Assembly (NCBI GenBank): GCA_030141605.1
Contig: JAQGDQ010002384.1
Coordinates: 62,001-126,000 of the forward strand
Source: Tubiluchus corallicola
Lineage: Eukaryota > Animalia > Priapulida
Length of the DNA: 64,000 bases
Direction of reading: 5' to 3'
Shown here: positions 48,010 through 64,000 of the stretch, piece by piece
Position numbering within the stretch: the first letter of the stretch is position 1
Layout of the letters: each line of letters begins with the position of its first letter
Made by a program: the position numbers and the translations under genes
Notes under the pieces: generated by a model
What the model saw: only the letters and a program-made list of their open reading frames with translations
The model's database searches: none
Told to the model about the DNA's origin: nothing

Positions 48010-48889
48010 AAGTATACTAACAGGAAAGCAATAAAACTTGCTGAAACATCGCTTACTAACAGATAGCAGTGCACATGCGCTTTCGCAATATGTACTATGC
48101 GCAGAATCATTGTACAGAATTTATATCGCTCCCCGCGACCTACGTCGCTGGTTGTTCAGCTATTTACTAAAAATTGTTCTTGCATAGTGGCTGCAGTAAT
48201 CGCTAGCCACTGGCAAATGTTACATTTACTGTGTTAATTATTAAGCTAATAATTTATTGTAGCTAACTACGTAGTGTGTTCAAATATTATCATATAAGAA
48301 GTTTTAACTTTCTTAAAAGAATTATTAATAATTTTTATACGATTCGGCACACTTGTTCAAAGCCAAAATTCAGCATTTAGTCTAAGTTAGGTATAAGTGC
48401 TTTCAGTGCACTGTTCCTGCGACATAGGCCTATTAATTGTATTTATAGGCCTAATTATATTACTAAATCGAATAACAGTCAATAACAGTTCTGTGTATAA
48501 CAATATAGGTACTACCTGGTACATACAAAAGAAACAAAACTGAATTAAACGTTTATGAGAAAATAATTACCAAATGTCACGTCACTAGTTTAAACAGACA
48601 GAAGCACAAGTAAATAAAAAAGAAATCTGTAAAAAAAAATAACAAAAAACTTTGTTAAAGGCTAGTAATGAAAATTAATAAACCTATGCAAAAACCGTGA
48701 TAAATGAAAGAGGAAAACAGGGAAGGCAAAACGAAAAAACGGCACCTATGAAGTGGTACTTTTTTCTGTCGTATTTATTCGAGATAATTACACTGATATA
48801 GGAACAAATTTTCAAGTTTCACTCACAATTATCAACATAACTTATCTTGCCTATTTTAAATTTTTCTAGTGCTGATGACACCATGACGG

Positions 48890-49184
48890 CATAGGCGAAC
48901 GGGCCGATTTTTTCAGGAGGGAGGGTAAGCCACTTTTGCCGGAAAAATTCAGGGTCACCTCCGCGTCGGGAATTGCCTCACCACACCCCATGATAAAAAA
49001 ATGTCCGAATTTCGGGCACTTCATTTGGCAGCATGGAGAAATTGCGAGATTTCCTTTTATGAAAAATATTATTTTATAGTAATTTCGGTGCCCGAAAAAA
49101 ATGTGTTTGCCCGAATCCGGGCGGGGGAGGCTGCAGACAAACAGCCACCCCCCACCCCCAACCCTTGCTCGTGCACGTCGGCTG
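48890..49184. mobile_element. Degenerate hAT-type MITE
   Basis: Imperfect termini CATAGGCGAACGGGC ... GCTCGTGCACGTCGGCTG, with internal GCCCGAA repeats. Confidence 0.35.
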
Positions 49185-50004
49185 TATTGTTTAAGAATTT
49201 TGTGTTAAGCCAATGATACACGGCCGCCACAAGACAAACCGGCAGACGTCGGCCGTGATAAAATGACCGCCCAAATTAGACTACATTAATTTCAAATCAA
49301 AGATGAAACGCGGAGTTTATGGAAGTGGCCGTGAAGACAGCAGCCGTTCTAAAACAGAAATGAGTTCTATTTTGTACAGTATGCACCAGCCGGCCAAGGG
49401 TTTTATCCAATCAGGGATCAGTATTCCAGCATTGGTTTTTGCTTTTCCCGCGACGTATTGTAACACGGTATGCATGAATGCTGTACGTATAATAGATAGA
49501 TGGTTTATGTTAAGTGAATTTAACTTAAGCCTGAAGAATACTTGCATCATGCATTTAACAGAAGCCATGTAACCATTTAAACTTGATTTAATAAGTTCAC
49601 TATTTTACTTGACAAAAATTCCGCAGTTTTTAGCGTAACCTTATGCAACGGTTCAATACTATGCAAGATGTATTTCCGTTTTTCCCACTTAAATTGTAAT
49701 GTGATGGTCGATATCAGAAAACTTCAGAATTTTTCAAAAACCAAACCGAATCGCGGATGTATGGCTGAATTTCAGTAGACTCCGGGCCAAATCAGGAGGA
49801 TGGCAACCCTAGCAGTGATACAAAAATTGAACTTAAAAAACAAGATAACCCACTAAACAATTGATTATAGATCTAAATTTCAACGTTAAAACACTACCCA
49901 TGAGTACTTAAAACTAAACAGTGACGAAATGTTTGGCTGTACGGTCGTCATTAATGCTGCGCTCCCTTCTACACGGACGGCTGCGTATCAGATCTTTCGT
50001 TAGT

Positions 50005-51654
50005 TTGATTGAATGATTGAATATCTTTATTGACATAAACATATGATAATAACGATGTAATAATTCATGTGTTAATTAATACTGTAAAATGTTATTAAAG
50101 CTGTTTCCAGCCCACTTGGGCTTACAAGTCAATTTCATGAAAATTTATCACATAATAACTGTGCAGTTCATTTACATAGAATATCAAATAAAAGAATATA
50201 TATAATATGGAATTTTAACATATACCTGAATGGACAAGTCATGTATTAAATATATATCTTGCTTTGCCTCATTCTAAAAATCTTATAAGCATATTTTGCA
50301 GTCCTAAGGACATTCTCTTCTGACATAATATATTTCCATTTATTTACATTATCTAATTGTTCCGGGTCCATGTTAATATCTTGGAAAAATTCTTCTCTCT
50401 CTAGTCTATAATGTGTACAAACAAACATAAAGTGAGATTCATCTTCTACATCTCCACAGCAACATATCTTACACAAACGTTCACCAACCTTAACATTTCT
50501 AAACCTACCATGCTCCAGTTCCAGGGGAAGAGTACCACTTCTTAGCTTTGCAAGCACAGACCTGTATTTTCCTTGCATATTAATATAAACATATGGTTCT
50601 ACTCCAAAGCTGTTCTTATACAATATATATGTTCTAAGTTTAGGGTAATCTGCATTTTTTGCTTTCCAATCAACACATTGTTTCTCATACAGCTGTGCCC
50701 ATGCTCTGCTAAGAGGTACAGTATCCATATTAACAAAAGCTTGCTGGAACCCTGCTTCCTCTAGGACTTTAGAAATTTCATATGACCAACCAACGTTGGT
50801 ATTACAGTCCCAAAGAAATATTCTCTTAACAAGTCTAGAATTATCAAGTGTTAAAAGACGATTCCAATACCTTATCATAGATGACTTTCTTCTAACTGAA
50901 GATGGTGACCATCCCATATCACCCTGTATACATTGATTAGCAGCAAAATTATGAACACCAAGAAATATTCTTAATGCCTTATTCTGGACAGTATCAATTT
51001 TAGGGTACTTGTTATATCCCCATACTTCTGAACCATAATCAAGTATAGGACATACACCTGCATTGAATAACTTAGTAAAAGAATAATAACCCAGCCCATT
51101 TAACTTTTTATATTTACCAATCAAGGCATCCAGTGCTCTACTGCCTGAGTCTGCCAGTACTAGTGCTGTAACCTTATAATCTAAATGTTCATTAAGATAA
51201 ATCCCCAGATACTTATACCTATCTACAGTGCTCAAAATCTGATCACTAAGTTTAAATAGTACATCAGTTTGATTCACTTGGGGTTTTCTGAAATGGACAA
51301 CATTTGACTTTTTACTGTTAAATTTGATTCTCCATTTCTTTCCCCACTCAGTGATCTTATCTAACATTTTCTGAAGATCTTCTTCAGATTCTGCTAAAAT
51401 TACAACGTCATCAGCATACATTAAAATACAAATCTTATCATTACCAACAGGAATACCAATATTTAGGGACTTTACATCATCTGCCATATCATTTATATAC
51501 CAGCTGAACAGGGTTGGTGACAAAGTGTCTCCCTGCCTGACACCATATTCACATTTAAATTTATCAGTGAGGATACCATTTAGATTCACAGCACTATAGG
51601 TATCTGAAAGAATATTCTTAATGCTGCTATACATTTTGCCATCCACTATTACAT
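50005..51654 (-). mobile_element. 5'-truncated non-LTR retrotransposon (LINE) with an uninterrupted partial ORF2 (reverse transcriptase plus C-terminal Zn-binding domain)
   Basis: ORF 50246-51646 (466 aa) contains GVRQGDTLSPTLF, YADD, YKYLG and C-terminal CKIC..EDESHFMFVC. The 3' UTR ends in AATAAA plus an (ATTCAATC)2 tail; candidate TSD GTTAGT (49999-50004, 51655-51660). Confidence 0.93.
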
Positions 51655-52316
51655 GTTAGTAATAAAATAATTTGTTCGTAATTTGTCTGTATTAAAGGAA
51701 TAGCTGGTATTCAACATAGGGCAGATCCAGACTGCTACTTGTTGCAGAGCCAGAATTCAGACCACACCTGTTTGTCAAGGATAAACCTGTGAGACGAGAT
51801 AGTGAAAAAATACAGGTAAGTAATTCTACCTCTGCCTGCATAATCAGATGCACACCGTGGATGTCTCTACGACTTAACCAGACTAGGTCCCTCAACGACT
51901 TAGCGAGAGAAATAACCTGCGAATGGCGCATCATTTTACTAAATAGGTCGAGTTCTATGACTGCTTAACCATGGCTTCGCATTATCTACGAAGCTCCATT
52001 TAACCATTATTATTGCCCTAAACATAGTCTGTTAATTTATTCATTATGATTCATAGAATCGGTTAGTAGATTATATTGATATTAAAGCATGTTTTTTGGT
52101 ATCTGTGAGAAATTCACGAATCCCACTTCAAACTTTTCAAGCTAATGAACATAAATAAATCAAAGTTCTTGTAACGCGTTTTCATCATTGATGGTTGCAC
52201 AAATCATGTTGATGTCAGATAGCAACACTTAACAAGTATGTCAGATAACTTAATTAATAAACATTTTCATTGTGGTAGTTCTGTAGATTGCTGATGCCGA
52301 TAGCTTAGCCTTCAAG

Positions 52317-54782
52317 ATGTTTGACAAGAAAGTTGCTTTGTGTCTAACATTGTCCATTCTCTGGCTGCAAAGTAAGTAACTCAGCATAAAAAAGTTGTTT
52401 TTGATTTTGGTAAATTTGCTAACCTTTAGTCGTAACTCAAGCCGGTCGCCTGATAGTGATTCGACTCTCTACTATAGACTTTATAATGGTGGTCAGAAAA
52501 TACTAAATTTCAAACGTTGACTCTCACGTTTTTATATAATTTCCAGTGTACTTCAGGACCGAGTAACGTCTACACTAGCTCAGCAATTTTGGAGGAGATA
52601 GATTATACAGACAGAAAAATACTAATTTTAGAAGTTTAGTAGAAAAGTACTAATTTTAGAAGTTTAGTAGAAAAGTACTAATTTTAGAAGTTTAGTAGAA
52701 AAGTACTAATTTTAGAAGTTTAGTAGACAAGTACTAATATTAGAAGTTTAGTAGAAAAGTACTAATTTTAGAAGTTTAGTAGACAAGTACTAATTTTAGA
52801 AGTTTAGTAGACAAGTACTAATTTTAGAATTTTAAGTTTTATGACCGTTGTTAGGCATTTTTAACGCACAGCTATAGGTCAGATCCTACCTGCTGTGTAA
52901 GCTTTGTTCGAATCGTTTCAGAGATATCGGAGAAAGAGCAAACAAACACAAACAGTCAGACAGATAAAAATTCTAAATTTTGACTCCTACAACTTTTAGA
53001 TAATTGTTCATTGTATCACAATATCCAGTTGCGTCTTCACTACCTCAGGAATAGAGATAGATTTTGAAGTCAGAAAAGTACCAATCTTAGAAGTTGTTTT
53101 TATGCCGCAGGTAAGCGATCGTTGTCAGCATGGCCCCACAGTTTTTTACTGTATAACAAGTGTTCAGGCTGGCTTGGTTGCTTGCTTGGTTGGTTGGAAT
53201 TGTATCAGCCGTCCCCGAGGAGTAGCGTGCAGAGGTAGGCAGGAAGGCGGGCGGACAGACAGGCGAACAGACTGATGCGACTGAGAATAAAAGTTGGCTA
53301 AGTTGTGTTGTCTAATAGGTTAATTAGAGAAATGATAAACGGTATGAAAGCAATGTCAAAGCTTGAAAAGTGCGAAGAGAGAGAAAAAAGAGAAAGAGAG
53401 AGACAGATAGAAAGAGAAGGAGAACAGAAAAGGGAATAGAAGAGATGGTAAAATAATAATTTTTTGTAGTAAAATTAACAGGTAAGTTGCAATTTATATC
53501 TGTCTGTAACAAATTATGGCTCACCTACTGAGACGGAACTAATGTTTATTTTTGCTTTGCAGCACTGTCATATACAACCGAAGGAAGCTCATCAAATGCA
53601 AGATATGGAATCCCTTTATTAGACTTTGAAGATTACTTGCAGTGTTATGAATGTGAAGTATCGTTTCGCAAGACGTACAATACGAATGATACCTGTTTTA
53701 GTGAAGATAGACTCATCAATAGCAGCTATTGGGTATTTTGCCCGAAAAAGTACAATACCTGCCAGGTAACTACTATAGTTATTACTAATGTGTTATATGT
53801 GGGTCTTAAACGTCATAGTTAATATCTATCCTCTGGGTAATTTGCTTATGACTGTTCTTGCAGCTTCAAATTTGCATGTTACAGACATTTCTGCAGACAA
53901 GTTCTTTACTTTGCTGAGGTGACTTGAACTGCCCAAATTAATACTATAATTAATATTCAGCACTAAAGCAGGTTAATAGCTGAGTGGTGACGTTCGTGTG
54001 TCTCACGACCGAAGTTACGCAACGCTACCGCCTGGGCTCGAATTCGATACTTGCCCTTGGCCATATATCACTCTCCATAGTGTTTTTGGTTGCTGGCCTT
54101 GTGCTTTTGTATCAAAACATGGCTAAGACGCCCCTTCTGGTTCAGTAGCTCACTTGGGTTGCACTTAAGGTTACTGACACGAGGTAAGACGCCGATCTCG
54201 CCATAAACACCACCTTAAAGTGATCCCGCTGTTTAATGCTGCATTCCTGCTAGCATTGCTCCGCATTATGCAATACAATAATGTATGAGAAACTTATCAT
54301 TGCTGTTGTTTTTCCGGCTAGTGAAGCGAATGATGTTGCACAACAAAGCCACGTTCACACCTCGAATTCGCTCCGGCAAATCAGAATTATACGAACCCTT
54401 GTGCAAGAGGTGACATGGTTTGGCAATTCGTCACTACACTTGCAACAAAAAGTGTTTATTTTATGCCTTTTTATTACTAATATCAAATCTAAAATTTATA
54501 TCACTTTCAATTGGCATAATTATTAAAATTTATTTTACGTTATTTTTGTAGACGGAGAGAAGAGAAGTGAATGGGGTTCTTGTTCTCCTCCTGCGGAGAT
54601 GTGCTAAAGAATGTGAACCTGGCTGTGAGCTGAGTGGTTATGGAGTGACAATAAAATCATGCATTTCCTGTTGTAATTCAACTCTTTGCAACGTGGACAA
54701 TTTTGCCTTACTGATGTTGCCGTCCAGAACTACGATAACAGCAGTGCTGCTGATGTTGTTATATTATGAATATTTAATTTAA
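52317..54782 (+). CDS. Ly6/uPAR (three-finger) GPI-anchored protein, quiver/sleepless-like, 162 aa
   Basis: Exons 52317-52371 (signal peptide), 53563-53765 (LQCYEC...CPKKYNTCQ) and 54552-54782 (RRCAKECEPGC..CISCCNSTLCN plus a hydrophobic GPI signal). Phases are consistent, total 489 nt. Confidence 0.88.
52617..52832. repeat. 28-bp minisatellite, about 7.5 copies
   Basis: Unit TACTAATTTTAGAAGTTTAGTAGA(A/C)AAG. Confidence 0.92.
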
Positions 54783-56511
54783 TTCCATTTCGTTTTACAT
54801 TTTATTATGGAAACTGCCGTACACAGCTCATCCTTACATTATGCCCCACATTGCTGGTACCGTGCAACCGAGAAAGCACTTTGCAAAACGGTTTTATGAA
54901 ATTCCATGTAGCATGTAAAAATAGTAGAACCTCGACAATTAAATTTGTAACCAAACATACGTTAAATGCCGTAAACTCAATAATGTTTTTCAACTTGTAT
55001 AAAACTGTTATAAAAATAATGTACCCTGAAAGATGTACATTTTCATGTATTATCTCGTAAGATTATGAAAGGCAGCTAACGATAATAAACTTAACTAAAG
55101 ACTGCATAAGTTGTATAGAAAATACAAATCTTAATTTTTATCAAAGTATCAATTGAGAGAAACGTTAGAATATGTGGGGATCTTTTTAAATTAATTGCTT
55201 TGTCTTCTTGTATGAAAATAACTTCACTACTTTTTTGTTGTTGTCAGTTTTTAATATATTTAATATACTTTTGCTAATAGTCTACTAACTTCTTTTAATT
55301 GAATCACTTATGTAACTTGACTGTACACGTGTGTTCGAAAATAAATGATGTTAATAATAACAGTTTACCTGCTAGTCATAATGTTGCTGCTTCTGTTACT
55401 GGTGCTGCTGATGACGATGATAATAATAATGGTGATGACATGATGGCATGTATTATGGCACTGGCGATGATGATGACACGACTGTGATAGTGATGGTGAG
55501 AGAGACAGTGATGATGACTGAGATTATGGTGATGAAGACGATGAAGACAATGACGAACGGTGATTAATTTCTTCATTTTACTGGCAGCACCAACAATAAT
55601 TTAGTTAATTTTGAGTTCAGTTTGGTATCATGATATTATGTTATTAAACTTTAGTAATTCTATTTAGATGTAACCATATTGTAGTATCATTTTACATTAA
55701 GAAAGATTATACATTATATTTTGTGTATACTTAATGTTGCCATAATATTTTGCGATAAATTAAACATAATTTCTTTTTCTCTATGAAAGTTAACATGTTT
55801 CCTGACGAATGCTCGCTGGTAAAAAACATTGGTGTAGCTATTGCTAAAGTGTTTGCCTGTCACGGAAAGGTGCAAAAAAGTGACATTTGAATTACTCAGC
55901 ACGTATATATTGCTAAAACTTTTGCTTGACACGGTGATGTACTGTTCAAAGTGACATTTGAATTACTCAGAGCGTATATATTGCTAAAACTTTTGCTTGA
56001 CACGGTGAGGTACTGTTGAACATTTGAATCACTCACAGCGCATACATTGCTAAAACTTTCCCCTGTCTCGGTGAGGTTCTGTTGAACATTTGACTCACTC
56101 ACAGTGCATACATTGCTAAAACTTTCCCCTGTCACGGTGAGGTACTGTTGAACATTTGAATCACTCACAGCATATACATTGCTAAAACTTTCCCCTGTCA
56201 CGGTGAGGTACTGTTCAACAATTGAATTACTCACAGCGAATACATTGCTAAAACTTTTGACTGTCACAGTGAGGTACTGTTGAACATTTTAATCACTCAC
56301 AGCATATACATTGCTAAAACTTTCCCCTGTCACGGTGAGGTACTGTTGAACATTTGAATCACTCACAGCGCATACATTGCTAAAACTTTCCCCTGTCACG
56401 GTGAGGTACTGTTGAACATTTGAATCACTCACAGCGCATACATTGCTAAAACTTTCCCCTGTTACGGTGAGGTACTATTGATTATTTGAATCACTCACAG
56501 CGCATACATTG

Positions 56512-62686
<6,175 letters not shown>

Positions 62687-64000
62687 AATAACCCGTTTTT
62701 ATCTTGATGAATAAACTGCGTTATAAAATTTGCAGCAGCTGAAGGTTATTGTACAAATATTGTTGTTAATAAGCGCAAGGAACTTTCTTGTTTGCACATC
62801 ATTTGTCCCATTGTGGTAAAGCTTATTTCCATGTCTTCAATAAAATATATAGCGTCACCTTAGATATTGTCACGTGTGGGTTACGCCTTTTAACGACCGA
62901 AAAAAGCGTCAACAGTAGACATGTTAGCGTGCTGTACTTTCCACAAATGAGATCTTCAGGCAATTTAGAAGTTCCACATGAACGGGCGTTCAGGTTTTGT
63001 TCGCCAGCGTCCAAGTGGATTAAGCTTAACAATTTAACGTGGCTGGGAGGGTCGAGGGAGGCGAACACAAAACAACCTTAGCCTAGACACACGTAAAACT
63101 GGCCATCACGTTTTTAAATTATGGTAAACATGCAGAAATTGAAATCGTAGTTGTTTGAAAGCAGAATTTATTAATGAAGATTCATTTGAGCTCATATATT
63201 TCCACTCGAATACCTAATTTTATGGGTCGCATGTAGCTATAAACTAATATCACCTTTCTGGCTAGTATTACATACTCGTACTATTCTGAATTATTTTTAT
63301 TTATTTATTTATTTATTTATTTAGTAAATGTAATTCCCTTTTAGGTAAGTTTAATAAATTACTTGAATTTTTAATTTTTGCTTTTCAGGCAGACAATGGG
63401 TTTTGTTGGATGACGTAGAATGTCAAAAAGGTCACTAAGCCTTCTTTCACGATTACGTTCTACGTCTTTTAATTTAGATTTACGTCTTTGCAACTAATAC
63501 GAAAATATTTCTCACCAGCCGAATAATATTGATTGCAACAAGCTAAATCAGATTTTGACGAAACTAAGAATCAATTTTCGCCATCTTTAAAATGTAACAA
63601 ATGAATACGTTTAATTGTCGCTGATTCACAATTGAATATATTGTGCAAAATAAAATTTATTACAGGAAAAACAGTGTTAAAACTAATATATTTTTTGTAG
63701 TTTGCCACACTAAAACGTAACATTGTGATACAAAATTAATAATTATGACTGGAATGAAAGAAGATGCGCCACGTGGTCTATGTGAAGTGCAGAAATCACA
63801 ACTTGGCATCGCAAAAATTCCAATCTTGCTTGTCATTGTCTTTACGGCTATTGTTCAATCGGAAAACTGTACTTCCTCCCAATGTTTCCTCTATTATCCA
63901 CGTCAGGCACATGAACTTCACCACTGTCCTTTTTTGCTAAACACAAAAGAAACAAAATTATGTTTTATAAAACTTAAATTATTATTTTTAAAAATTACAC

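Noticed and set aside
49303-49572. Overlapping 89-aa and 83-aa ORFs
   Set aside because: No recognisable domain or splice context; probably transposon-derived (GGCAACCCTA terminus near 49810).
55896-56267. 123-aa repeat protein as an independent gene
   Set aside because: Open frame of the 66-bp minisatellite with no ATG; treated as 3' UTR repeat.
63390-63440. Possible SRCR exon fragment (QWVLLDDVECQKGH)
   Set aside because: A good acceptor precedes it, but it stops after about 16 codons with no other SRCR sequence nearby; likely chance.

Overview
AT-rich, intron-containing animal DNA, probably from an invertebrate. I assembled six spliced protein-coding loci by hand from GT-AG junctions and reading-frame phase. 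Three are clan-2 cytochrome P450 paralogues: A (minus strand, runs off the left edge), B (plus strand, head-to-head with A, exon 3 truncated and probably a null) and C (plus strand, intact, 497 aa). The other three are a complete 7-exon Wnt8 (minus, 336 aa), a GPI-anchored Ly6/uPAR quiver-like gene (plus, 162 aa), and, tail-to-tail with it, an uncharacterised single-pass membrane protein (minus, about 327 aa). That last protein has a small Cys-rich ectodomain with scorpion K+-channel-toxin (CS-alpha-beta)-like spacing and cytoplasmic PY motifs. The window also holds a tRNA-Ile(AAT), truncated LINEs, hAT/Kolobok/Harbinger-like MITEs, tRNA-derived SINE heads and many micro- and minisatellites. 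Two minisatellites were amplified from exon ends: one from a splice donor and one from a stop codon. Most short ORFs in the supplied track are microsatellite or antisense artefacts.
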